Origin: Gammaproteobacteria bacterium
GTDB taxonomy: Bacteria; Pseudomonadota; Gammaproteobacteria; SZUA-152
Assembly (NCBI GenBank): GCA_050116575.1
Contig: JASFOJ010000001.1
Span: forward strand, 43,811 to 107,810
Direction of reading: 5' to 3'
DNA: 64,000 nucleotides
Shown piece by piece: positions 44,281-53,366 of the stretch; positions within the stretch are counted from its first letter, which is position 1; every line of letters starts with the position of its first letter. The notes below the pieces were generated by a model, which was not told the origin of the DNA, ran no database searches, and worked only from the letters and a program-made list of their open reading frames with translations. A program made the position numbers and the translations under genes.

Positions 44281-44472
44281 TTAAGCCTGTTTATAGATCA
44301 AACCAGGTGTAAACAACAGCTCCCCCTTGTTCAATTGATCAAGCGGACAACCGTCGCGGTCGCATTCCGCCAGCCGGTCAAAAATATATTTTCTGCCGGA
44401 TTGAACAACAAAATCGTAGATAGGTTTACCAAGATGGGATCCAATGGGTTTTCCAAACTGACGATCATTCAC
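44281..44472 (-). CDS. hypothetical small protein (63 aa, GTG start)
   Basis: GAGGG RBS about 8 nt upstream of the GTG. The only RBS-bearing short ORF in an otherwise ORF-poor region; Cys-containing (CDRDGC). Confidence 0.2.
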   Translation of the reverse strand: MNDRQFGKPIGSHLGKPIYDFVVQSGRKYIFDRLAECDRDGCPLDQLNKGELLFTPGLIYKQA

Positions 44473-45148
44473 GATACAGCCCTCAACTAATTACCGATTC
44501 AACATTAACAACAACTCATACGGAAATATCGTCCAGCCCGGCGGCTACTTTAACAACGATCAACGGGAAATTTTGAATCCCGGAAAATGGGATTTGTTTC
44601 GGTCCCCGGGCAATATTAATCCAATCACCGGAGGCGCCATTTCCTTGGGGAAAATCCAATAAGGAAAACCGTGAACTGGTACGCAATATATTTCCACTCT
44701 GTTAAATATAAATATAGTACATAGTGCGGGCGTTTTTAAACCGCTCTTAAACCGCGCCACAAACTGTTTGCCCCGAGCAGCGCGAACAAGCGCAACGGTA
44801 ACCACGCTCACTGCCATTTACATTTTTTATCCACCAACCCGGCGCTATCAGTTTTAATAATGGATATTGAACCAATGGGGAATTTCGGAAGCGCGTAACG
44901 TGGTCACCGACGCGCGATCAGCAGCGACATCGAGGGTACTTCGTCGCAGGGACTGGAAAATTGGCAACAAACCCGACTCAAATTGCCATGGCAAACCAAT
45001 GGTCAGCAACTGATCACAGCGGGACGTTACAGATTCAAGATTCAATCTGTGGAAATTTCCCGCTTGCGAAACACCGGGGGGACCACTAATCTAGGCGTTA
45101 CATAAATTCAACCATTTAGAGAATAATAAATACGATAAGGCCATTAAT

Positions 45149-45817
45149 ATGACACCAGCGGTAAACATGTTCAGAATTGTCATACTGGTTTTCGCCGTGT
45201 TGTCTCCCTGCAACGCGGACCAATACCGGTTAGGCAATGCCGACGAGGCAACATCCGTATTCTGGAAAGAACTGTATCCGGGCACCCACTATACGCTGTA
45301 TTGCGGCGAACGATTTACCGATAAAAACAGCGACCTGACAATTGAACATGTTTACCCGATTCAATGGATCATCGACTACCTTGGATGCGGAAGCCTGGAC
45401 AACTGCCGCCAACAGAGCCGCCGATTCAATCGTATGGAGGCGGATTTACACAACTATTATCCCGCTTTAAAAATGATCAAGGTGGCCCGGCGCGACTACG
45501 TGTATGGCGATGTGCCGGGAGAATTCCGGGAGTTTTACGAATGTGATTTTGAACAGGATGTTCGCAATAGCGTGGTGGAAGCTCGCCCTATTGCACGGGG
45601 TAATATCGCCCGGGCCTTGTTCTATATGCACTGGGAGTACGGCTTGCCCATCAGCAATCATTCTCTCAGCACATTAATTTCCTGGCACAAGGAAGATCCA
45701 CCCAGTAACGACGAATTTCGCCGCAATGATATTATCGAAAAGCTGCAGGGAAATCGAAACACCTTTATCGACGATCCCGGCAAGATCTCTCAATTGGTCA
45801 ATATGCGCTCCAACTGA
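45149..45817 (+). CDS. endA: extracellular/periplasmic endonuclease I family DNase
   Basis: Signal peptide, then LTIEHVYPIQW ... LHNYYPAL ... ALFYMHWEYGLPIS, which match the EndA/Dns/Vvn family, with conserved Cys pairs. Confidence 0.8.
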   Translation: MTPAVNMFRIVILVFAVLSPCNADQYRLGNADEATSVFWKELYPGTHYTLYCGERFTDKNSDLTIEHVYPIQWIIDYLGCGSLDNCRQQSRRFNRMEADLHNYYPALKMIKVARRDYVYGDVPGEFREFYECDFEQDVRNSVVEARPIARGNIARALFYMHWEYGLPISNHSLSTLISWHKEDPPSNDEFRRNDIIEKLQGNRNTFIDDPGKISQLVNMRSN

Positions 45818-45940
45818 ACCATACACAGGATAAGTTGAACGGTTGAGCATGCGTTGAGTGCGGCATGTAACGCTATTGACTCGCACACAATTCAATATCC
45901 ATCGGCAATAGCCACTTGCGACAGTGACACGGTTTCTTAA

Positions 45941-47092
45941 CTAGGCGGTGGTAACGCTCGTTGCACCGGGCCTGACCCACAACCAGCTAATAACTAACGC
46001 CACTAACGCAACCATGGCGGCTACGCCAAATGTCGCGGTCGCTCCCAGGGAATCCCACGTTAAGCCGCTGTATAAACTGCCCATGGCGCCGCCGGCGCCG
46101 AAACTCAAACTGCTGTATAACGCCTGTCCTTTGCCCTGGTGCCGGCCCTTAAAAGACCTGTGTATGAGTTCAATGGCGCTGGCGTGGTAAATCCCAAAAC
46201 TGGCCGCATGAAAAACTTGCGCAATAATTAACAGCCACAATACATCAACGAAATAACCGATCAGCAACCAGCGAATCGCCGCCAGCCATAAACTCAACAA
46301 TAACAGCGTTCGTAGCCCAAACCGGGGCACCAGATAACGCATTAATAAAAACAACACGACCTCGGCAACCACACCCAAAGACCATAATTGGCCGATTAAC
46401 CAGCTCGAATAGTCATGCTCTTCGAGATAAATGGTATAGAAGGTGTAGTACGGGCCGTGGCTCATTTGCATCAAAAAACAAACGGCCAACAGCGCCAGTA
46501 CGTCCCGCCGTTTCAGGATGTCCAGCAAGGGTTCATGGCTCAGTGGTAATTGGCGGGCGGATTGTTCTGGAACCAGCAGGCTCATCAGCCAGATGCCGGC
46601 AAACAGAACAACCAACACGAAAGGCAGAATATCGGCACCCAGGATATCCAGTACCGACCCAATACCGGCTACTGTCGCGATAAAACCAATGGATCCCCAC
46701 AATCGAATATTGCTGTACCTGTGGGTGAAGTCCCCCAAATAATTAAACGTCGTTGCCTCGAATTGCGGTAACGCGGCATTCCAGAAGAAACTGAATGCCA
46801 CCATGATCAAAAGCAACCACCAGTAATTGTTGTTGACGAAGACACCGGCAAAAGATACCACTGCCAATAGACAACCAAGGCGCACGATAAGCATGCGCTT
46901 GCCCATGTGATCGGCAATCCATCCCCAGATATTTGGCGACACAATTTTCGTAGCCATGATAACGGCCATGAAAATACCAATACTGTGGGCGGAAAATCCG
47001 GTGGACTTGAGGTACAACCCCCAATAGGGCACTAACGCACCCAGCGATGCGAAATAGAAAAAATAAAATCCTGAGAGACGCCAATAAGGCAT
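45941..47092 (-). CDS. MFS transporter (phenylpropionate-permease-like subfamily)
   Basis: 12 predicted TM helices and an N-terminal YFFYFASLGALVPYWGLYL motif. Confidence 0.7.
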   Translation of the reverse strand: MPYWRLSGFYFFYFASLGALVPYWGLYLKSTGFSAHSIGIFMAVIMATKIVSPNIWGWIADHMGKRMLIVRLGCLLAVVSFAGVFVNNNYWWLLLIMVAFSFFWNAALPQFEATTFNYLGDFTHRYSNIRLWGSIGFIATVAGIGSVLDILGADILPFVLVVLFAGIWLMSLLVPEQSARQLPLSHEPLLDILKRRDVLALLAVCFLMQMSHGPYYTFYTIYLEEHDYSSWLIGQLWSLGVVAEVVLFLLMRYLVPRFGLRTLLLLSLWLAAIRWLLIGYFVDVLWLLIIAQVFHAASFGIYHASAIELIHRSFKGRHQGKGQALYSSLSFGAGGAMGSLYSGLTWDSLGATATFGVAAMVALVALVISWLWVRPGATSVTTA

Positions 47093-47221
47093 GAAATGAA
47101 TGGTTCGTTATCGATGTTATAGGTTATTGGGTATCAAACAACGGACAAGATGCCACAACCGCGTCCCAGAGAACAACGCCCGGGAGTTACAACATATTTT
47201 TGTGAGAATAAAGCGCTGTGT

Positions 47222-47779
47222 TCAATAAAGCCGCAAACCAAGGTAAAACAGCGGTAACACGGACAGCATAATTATCGCATTCAGGACATAAACCAGAGGT
47301 TTATCGCTCAGCTCCCGGCAAAAAAACACCCGCAGTGTGCTGTAGAAGATAGCACTGAGAAGCAACAGACCCAGCGAATGCGCAATGAAAGTATCCATTA
47401 AATAGGACGCATCGGCTTCCTGCCAACGCAATGCGCCCCCGTAATAAAGTTTGCCGATAACATATTTAACCACTTCGAAGTCAACAGCCACCAGTATCAG
47501 GCACAACAGGCAAAGAAAAAACACAAATGCCGTCCCTTTGGCGTATTTCTTTGACCAGAACACCCAAAAAACCGATAACAGCCCAAAAACTCCCGTCGAT
47601 ATCAGCCAGATGACTCCCACCACGCACCCTACGCAGTTATTTCCTTCCGGGGGGCTGATGTACCACCACTTAGCCACCATGACGATCAGATAGATCAGCG
47701 ACAGGCCAACCAGTCCGAACGGATCTTTATTGAACAAAGCGGATTGCGAACGTTTTCTTCTTCTACTTGTTGTTACCAT
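47222..47779 (-). CDS. hypothetical membrane protein
   Basis: 185 aa with four hydrophobic segments and a basic N-terminus; no family recognised. Confidence 0.4.
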   Translation of the reverse strand: MVTTSRRRKRSQSALFNKDPFGLVGLSLIYLIVMVAKWWYISPPEGNNCVGCVVGVIWLISTGVFGLLSVFWVFWSKKYAKGTAFVFFLCLLCLILVAVDFEVVKYVIGKLYYGGALRWQEADASYLMDTFIAHSLGLLLLSAIFYSTLRVFFCRELSDKPLVYVLNAIIMLSVLPLFYLGLRLY

Positions 47780-47878
47780 AACCTTTTCATCAAATATTGT
47801 TTATAAAATTCCAAACGGCAATACAAATTCCATGAAATTCAACCGCTATAGAAGTACAGAATCAGGGACAAAAACCGG

Positions 47879-48979
47879 TCAATCATACCCTGCTGGAATG
47901 ACTGGCGTAGGCGATTGCACGCCAGAATTTTGCGCGCGATGGCGCAACATGTGATCCATTAACACAATCGCGAGCATTGCTTCGGCGATCGGCGTGGCCC
48001 GTATTCCGACACACGGATCATGCCGACCGGTGGTCACCACCTGCGCGGCGTTGCCTTGCATATCAATACTGCGACCGGGAATCCGCAAACTGGAGGTCGG
48101 TTTTAACGCCATGCTGACTTTAATATCCTGGCCACTGGAAATACCACCCAGTACACCACCGGCATTGTTGCTTAAAAAACCCTCCGGCGTCATTTCGTCC
48201 CGATGTTCGGTGCCTTTTTGTTCAACACTTGCAAAACCGGCTCCAATCTCCACCCCCTTCACGGCGTTGATACTCATCATGGCGTGGGCAATATCCGCGT
48301 CCAGGCGGTCAAACACAGGTTCGCCCCAACCCGGTGGTATCCGGGTAGCCACCACATTGATGCGCGCACCGATGGAGTCTCCTTCCTTTCGCAACTTATC
48401 CATGAATTGTTCAAGCGCAGGAACCTTGTCTGCGTCCGGACAGAAAAAAGCGTTATTATGAATTTCGTTCCAGTCGATGGTTTCCGCCTTGATGGGGCCG
48501 AGCTGGGCAAGATAACCGCGTATTTCAATACCAAATTCCTGCTGCAGATATTTTTTGGCAATGCCGCCTGCGGCCACCCGCATGGCGGTCTCCCGTGCCG
48601 ACGACCGACCACCGCCGCGGTAATCCCGCAAGCCGTATTTCTGTTGATAGGTGTAATCGGCGTGACCGGGTCTGAACTGATCCTTGATATTGGTGTAGTC
48701 CTTGGACTTTTGGTCGGTATTGTAAATCACCATGCCAATGGGCGTGCCGGTGGTGACGCCCTCGAAAACCCCGGACAAAATTTTCACTTCATCGGCTTCC
48801 TTGCGCTGGGTGGTATGTCGCGATTGCCCCGGTTTGCGGCGATCGAGATCATGCTGCAGGTCCGCTTCCGTTAACGGCAATCCTGGTGGACAACCGTCCA
48901 CAACACAGCCCAGCGCCAGGCCATGACTTTCGCCAAAGCTGGTAACGGTAAACAATTTTCCTATGCTATTGCCAGACAT
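47879..48979 (-). CDS. aroC: chorismate synthase
   Basis: [20 protein letters not shown]..., 366 aa. Confidence 0.9.
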   Translation of the reverse strand: MSGNSIGKLFTVTSFGESHGLALGCVVDGCPPGLPLTEADLQHDLDRRKPGQSRHTTQRKEADEVKILSGVFEGVTTGTPIGMVIYNTDQKSKDYTNIKDQFRPGHADYTYQQKYGLRDYRGGGRSSARETAMRVAAGGIAKKYLQQEFGIEIRGYLAQLGPIKAETIDWNEIHNNAFFCPDADKVPALEQFMDKLRKEGDSIGARINVVATRIPPGWGEPVFDRLDADIAHAMMSINAVKGVEIGAGFASVEQKGTEHRDEMTPEGFLSNNAGGVLGGISSGQDIKVSMALKPTSSLRIPGRSIDMQGNAAQVVTTGRHDPCVGIRATPIAEAMLAIVLMDHMLRHRAQNSGVQSPTPVIPAGYD

Positions 48980-49075
48980 GACTGCATTGTAGCCGTTTCT
49001 CTTTGATTTCTAAACTAAAATAAAGGGAATATTTGAAGCGGGCAGCAAAAACAACGAAACATTACAGGTTAAACA

Positions 49076-49951
49076 TCACTTGTGTTGCCAGGTAAGATGA
49101 ATCCCGGTGCGTTCCAGATTATGCAGCACACCGGACAACTGGTGGCGCACGAACTGTAACCGATGCGGATTTTTACGCGCCAGGCTTGCCCAACTACGGC
49201 CCGGCACCAGGCCGGCAAAATCATATAACCCGGGTTCGGGAAAATAAAACGCTGCCACGAACTCGTTGAGCATACGTTGCATAATAAAACGCAGCACAAA
49301 TGTCTTGGCGGGCGACATCTCATTTACACCGGCTTTTACCATACGCCGGGAAAAGGAAATATGCTGCGCTTCATCAACGGTATGAAACGTGGCCACGTCA
49401 AAAATGGCGGGACACACCATGTTGTTGTGTTGCCGTATCAGCCGGTTTATCCGGTCCGGTATCTCCTGCCCCAACAACACCGTTAACCAGAACGCCGCCG
49501 AATCCATGGAGGTATTGCGCGAGAACCAGTTAAACCAGCGCAACTCATGGAACCGGGTGGCCACGCGTGGCAAGCCACTGCGCTGCACAATTTCGGTAAA
49601 CACCAGACTGTGGCCGGCTTCTTCACGCAATTCGTTTAAGTGATACTTCAGTAGCGCGATATTGCGCCGTGCATACAAAGCAGCCCGCGACAACCGCTCC
49701 ATTAACAACCCTTCCAGCCAGATATTGGCTTCCATCATGTGCAGATATTCAAACTGGGACAGTGCCTTGCGCTGCTCCGCCGGCAGCACCATAAACTCCG
49801 ACACGCCGTACAAGGACAGCGCCTCCTCTGGCAACCAGAAGTCATCCAGGTTCAGACGTAACCAGTTCACCCGTTTTACGGGATCCTGGTAAATACGATG
49901 CTGGGTCAGCTGGTCAAGTAACTCGGCTGATTTGGCGGACGTCAAACTCAT
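49076..49951 (-). CDS. AurF-like diiron-carboxylate oxygenase family protein
   Basis: Two E...(D/E)ExxH motifs: MMEANIWLE...LNELREEAGH and WLTVLLGQE...DEAQH. About 290 aa, helical. Confidence 0.55.
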   Translation of the reverse strand: MSLTSAKSAELLDQLTQHRIYQDPVKRVNWLRLNLDDFWLPEEALSLYGVSEFMVLPAEQRKALSQFEYLHMMEANIWLEGLLMERLSRAALYARRNIALLKYHLNELREEAGHSLVFTEIVQRSGLPRVATRFHELRWFNWFSRNTSMDSAAFWLTVLLGQEIPDRINRLIRQHNNMVCPAIFDVATFHTVDEAQHISFSRRMVKAGVNEMSPAKTFVLRFIMQRMLNEFVAAFYFPEPGLYDFAGLVPGRSWASLARKNPHRLQFVRHQLSGVLHNLERTGIHLTWQHK

Positions 49952-50163
49952 GAAACACTCGCGAATTAAATTGCAACTTACTGATAATACTACAATAATT
50001 ACTTAAAACGACCTTGTTCGATCGAGCTAATCATATTAGCAAACCCGGTTATCGATTGCACCTGCCGCCAAACTGGTTTAACCTTTCGCGTCTTTCGTCA
50101 CAGGCAATACGGAAATCGCTAATTAGCGGTTACAAAACAAATTTTGCGGCGAATGAGTCTAAT

Positions 50164-50511
50164 GGAGAGGTGGTCGCTACCGACATCCCTGTCTTCCGCG
50201 ACACTTGCACGTCCGTGTGCATTGTCCGAGTGGTTGAAGGAGCACGCCTGGACGATGTGCAGGAAGCACAAGTGCCGCGGGAGGCAGGAAGCCGAGAGCG
50301 GCAAGTGTGTAACACTTTTCAGGCCGTCAATCAGCCTTAAGAGTCAGATTACAAACAAAAATTGGAGAGGTGTCCGAGTGGTTGAAGGAGCACGCCTGGA
50401 CGATGTGCAGGAAGCACAAGTGCCGCGGGAGGCAGGAAGCCGAGAGCGGCAAGTGTGTAACACTTTTCAGGCCATCAATCAGCCTTAAGAGTCAGATTAC
50501 AAACAAAAATT
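50164..50511 (+). repeat. two tandem degenerate tRNA-Ser-derived units (200 bp and 148 bp) directly upstream of the intact tRNA-Ser
   Basis: Each unit starts with GGAGAGGTG...TCCGAGTGGTTGAAGGAGCACGCCTGGA (the tRNA-Ser 5' half). It then carries a ~50-nt insertion in the anticodon loop, lacks the T-arm and 3' acceptor strand, and ends with a shared 40-bp spacer. Unit 1 carries an extra ~50-nt insertion in the D-arm. Confidence 0.7.
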
Positions 50512-50602
50512 GGAGAGGTGTCCGAGTGGTTGAAGGAGCACGCCTGGAAAGTGTGTATACGTTTATAGCGTATCGAGGGTTCGAATCCCTCCCTCTCCGC
50601 CA
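50512..50602 (+). tRNA. tRNA-Ser (anticodon GGA), CCA encoded
   Basis: GGAGAGG acceptor pairs with CCTCTCC. D-arm TCCGAGTGGTTGAAGGA, anticodon loop CTGGAAA, long variable arm, T-arm GAGGGTTCGAATCCCTC, then GCCA. Confidence 0.85.
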
Positions 50603-50604
50603 TA

Positions 50605-50645
50605 TATTTCGTAAAACCATCCGTCTTTTTGGATGGTTTTACGAA
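50605..50645 (+). terminator. perfect 16-bp inverted repeat immediately after the tRNA
   Basis: TTTCGTAAAACCATCC gtcttttt GGATGGTTTTACGAAA. Confidence 0.5.
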
Positions 50646-50650
50646 ATATC

Positions 50651-50780
50651 AGGAGTGAGTGGATTTGAACCCAAGAAGAGGGTTCGACAAATCGGCAGGA
50701 TAGCCGATTTGGTCGTCACGCAGTGACGCCCGCAGGGCGAGGGTCCATGGATGGACCCGAGACAATCCTCCCTCTCCGCC
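50651..50780 (+). pseudogene. third tRNA-Ser-like remnant with a ~77-nt insertion in the T-loop
   Basis: GGAGTGAGTGGATTTGAA...GAGGGTTCGA | 77-nt insert of three consecutive hairpins | AATCCTCCCTCTCCGCCACATATTTGG. This duplicates the tRNA 3' end and downstream bases (a direct repeat of 50583-50625). Confidence 0.45.
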
Positions 50781-50819
50781 ACATATTTGGCAAAACCCAT
50801 TAGTAATCAAAGGTTCAAT

Positions 50820-50935
50820 GGTGCCTCATATCGGTTCCCTCGCAACGAGAAACTGTGAACCCCGTCAGGCCCGGAAGGGAGCAGCGGCAGCAGTGGCTTC
50901 GTGTGCCGGGGTGTGGCTGGTATGAGTCACCACCC
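50820..50935 (+). ncRNA. ffs: signal recognition particle 4.5S RNA
   Basis: GGTTCCCTCGCAACG...GTCAGGCCCGGAAGGGAGCAGC...GTGTGCCGGGGTGTGGCTGG aligns nearly base-for-base with domain IV of E. coli 4.5S RNA. The ends are complementary (GGTGCCTCATATC / GGTATGAGTCACC). Confidence 0.75.
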
Positions 50936-51044
50936 AATCTTTCCATCAACTGGCGCAGCACAACTTGCTTTGCCGTTCCCCCGGGTGAGATCATAGCGCC
51001 TGACGCTACCCACAATAACGACGAATTAGTAAGCATCGACTTCA

Positions 51045-52892
51045 ATGAGTTACCAGGTTCTGGCACGAAAATGGCGCCCACGCACCTTCAGTGAATTGGT
51101 GGGCCAGGAGCATGTGCAGCGCGCCCTGATCAACGCGCTGGACAGCGAACGCCTGCACCATGCATTTTTATTCACCGGCACCCGGGGCGTCGGTAAAACC
51201 ACCATAGCGCGTATCCTCGCCAAATCCCTGAATTGCGAAAAAGGCGTCAGCGCCAGTCCCTGCGGCGAATGCAGCGCATGCACCGAAATCAATGAAGGCC
51301 GGTTCGTGGATCTGATCGAAGTGGACGCTGCCTCCAAAACCAAAGTGGAAGATACTCGCGAGCTGCTGGAAAACGTACAGTACGCGCCGACACGGGGCCG
51401 CTACAAGGTATACCTCATTGACGAGGTGCACATGCTGTCCACCCATAGCTTTAACGCATTGCTCAAGACCCTTGAAGAACCCCCGCCCCACGTCAAGTTC
51501 CTGCTGGCGACCACCGATCCGCAAAAGCTGCCGGTCACGATCCTGTCGCGTTGTATTCAGTTCAACCTGAAGCGGTTACCGGCGGATTTGATTCGCGGAT
51601 ACCTGGAAAAAATTCTCGGCGCCGAAAACATCGCCGCCGAAACCACTGCCCTGGCGTTAATCGCGGACGCCGCCGACGGCAGTATGCGCGATGGCTTAAG
51701 CTTGCTAGACCAGGCCATCGCCTATGGCGGCGGCGAAGTCAAGGAAGCGGACGTGCGCGCCATGCTCGGGTCCGTGGACAAACAATACGTGTATGACCTG
51801 ATGCAGGCATTGGCGGATCGCGATTCCACGGCATTACTAACCGGTATTGAACAGCTGGCCAGCCATGCGGCGGATTTTACCAATGTACTAAACGAAGTGC
51901 TCAGCGTACTGCACCGCGTCGCGCTCAGCCAACTGGCCCCCGGCGCCATTGATGACCAGTTGCCGGAAAAACCCCGGCTGGACCAACTGGCCCAAACCCT
52001 GACACCGGAAGACACCCAGCTCTATTACCAGATTGGATTAATCAGTAAACGGGACTTGCCGCTGGCGCCCGATCCTAAACTGGGTTTTGAGATGGCCATG
52101 TTGCGCATGTTGAGGTTCCGGCCCGATACTGGCGTGGCAAATCCGACCGCAGCGGGACAAAGTGCCGGTCACGCGGCCTCGTCGGCACCGACCACATCGG
52201 CAACGCCATCGTCCTCTGGCGCAGCACCAACACCAACGCCATCCGCGCCCGCCCAGCAAACCAAAGCACATCACCTGCAAGCCATCAGTAAAACGCTGGG
52301 GACCGCGACCACTAAAAAAAAACTGAACAATAAGGACCACCGGGCTCAAACCGCAGCACCGGCACAAAGCACCAACCCGGCATCAACGACACAGATTAAC
52401 AACGTACCGGCAAAGAAAGCGCCGACGAGTACCAACAAAGATGCACCCGCGGCACCGGCCGCCGAAACCACCCGGGCGGCACCCGTTACCGGCCCGCTGC
52501 CACTGCCCACTGACCACTCGACGTGGGAATCATTGGTGGAACGGCTGCCGGTCAGTGGCGTCCCGCTGCAGCTGGCCCGCAATTGCTCATTCGCCTGTTG
52601 CGGCGACGGGCATCTGGAATTACAGTTATTCGAAGGTCATCAGCAGTTTTTCAGCAAACAACGCCAGGAGATCCTGGCAAACGCTATTGGCGAGGCAACG
52701 GGCAAGGACATTAAACTTTCCATCGACATATCAGTCGAAGCGGGAGAAACCCCCGCCGGCCGGCAACAACAGCGCAACAGAGATCGCCAACAGTCGGCAG
52801 AACAATCGATTTATAATGATGCGATTGTCAAATCCATCATTGAAACTTTCGAGGGCCGAATTCCCCCAAAATCGATTCAGCCTATCGATTGA
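51045..52892 (+). CDS. dnaX: DNA polymerase III subunits tau/gamma
   Basis: MSYQVLARKWRPRTFSELVGQEHV... AAA+ clamp-loader motifs, a Pro/Ala-rich linker and a tau C-terminal domain. The A9 run at 52314-52322 is a candidate -1 frameshift site. Confidence 0.9.
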   Translation: MSYQVLARKWRPRTFSELVGQEHVQRALINALDSERLHHAFLFTGTRGVGKTTIARILAKSLNCEKGVSASPCGECSACTEINEGRFVDLIEVDAASKTKVEDTRELLENVQYAPTRGRYKVYLIDEVHMLSTHSFNALLKTLEEPPPHVKFLLATTDPQKLPVTILSRCIQFNLKRLPADLIRGYLEKILGAENIAAETTALALIADAADGSMRDGLSLLDQAIAYGGGEVKEADVRAMLGSVDKQYVYDLMQALADRDSTALLTGIEQLASHAADFTNVLNEVLSVLHRVALSQLAPGAIDDQLPEKPRLDQLAQTLTPEDTQLYYQIGLISKRDLPLAPDPKLGFEMAMLRMLRFRPDTGVANPTAAGQSAGHAASSAPTTSATPSSSGAAPTPTPSAPAQQTKAHHLQAISKTLGTATTKKKLNNKDHRAQTAAPAQSTNPASTTQINNVPAKKAPTSTNKDAPAAPAAETTRAAPVTGPLPLPTDHSTWESLVERLPVSGVPLQLARNCSFACCGDGHLELQLFEGHQQFFSKQRQEILANAIGEATGKDIKLSIDISVEAGETPAGRQQQRNRDRQQSAEQSIYNDAIVKSIIETFEGRIPPKSIQPID

Positions 52893-53012
52893 TACGGGAC
52901 GGCGAATCGCCCGCTAAGGTAAAATAATCCGAGCTACAACATAAAGAAAGTACAACAGTGGTTCCCGGGTGGACCGGTTAACGATGATCGCACAAATAAA
53001 GAGGTGTAAGTT

Positions 53013-53333
53013 ATGAAAGGTGGTATTGGAAAATTAATGAAACAGGCGCAGGAAATGCAGGCCAATATGCAAAAAGCGCAGGAAGAACTGGCCAACACCG
53101 AATTCAACGGTGAGGCGGGCGGCGGTATGATAAAAGTGGTCATGAACGGCCGCCATGACGTTGTCAAAGTCAGCATTGACGACAGCATCATGGACGACAA
53201 GGAAATGCTGGAAGACCTCATCGCCGCGGCGGTCAACGATGCCGTACGTCACATCGAGAAAAAATCCAAGGAAACCATGTCATCCATGACCGACGGTTTG
53301 CCCCTTCCCGGTGACTTCAAGCTGCCGTTCTAA
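53013..53333 (+). CDS. ybaB: nucleoid-associated protein YbaB/EbfC
   Basis: [16 protein letters not shown]... 106 aa, in dnaX-ybaB-recR order. Confidence 0.85.
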   Translation: MKGGIGKLMKQAQEMQANMQKAQEELANTEFNGEAGGGMIKVVMNGRHDVVKVSIDDSIMDDKEMLEDLIAAAVNDAVRHIEKKSKETMSSMTDGLPLPGDFKLPF

Positions 53334-53366
53334 CAACGATAAAGCTTTACACAAGCGAGCCGTATT

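Noticed and set aside
45091-45285. 64-aa minus-strand ORF overlapping endA start
   Set aside because: It overlaps the signal-peptide region of the well-supported endonuclease I gene on the opposite strand.
50014-50488. Two plus-strand ORFs (108 and 114 aa) with identical internal peptide segments
   Set aside because: They are translations of the tandem tRNA-Ser-derived repeat units; the identical peptides simply reflect DNA repetition. The region is RNA-gene-like, not coding.
50164-50602. Possible CRISPR array because of tandem direct repeats
   Set aside because: The period is 148-200 bp with no short repeat/spacer alternation. The repeats are tRNA-derived, and no cas genes are present in the window.
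50512-50602. Group I intron in tRNA anticodon loop as explanation for the ~50-nt inserts
   Set aside because: The inserts are far too short for a group I intron (~200+ nt). The interrupted copies lack the T-arm and acceptor 3' strand, so they could not form a spliced functional tRNA. The intact tRNA-Ser carries no insertion.
50164-50790. Intact integrated genomic island at the tRNA-Ser locus
   Set aside because: No integrase, transposase or phage genes lie on either side (an oxygenase and aroC upstream; ffs and dnaX downstream). Only scar-like repeats remain.
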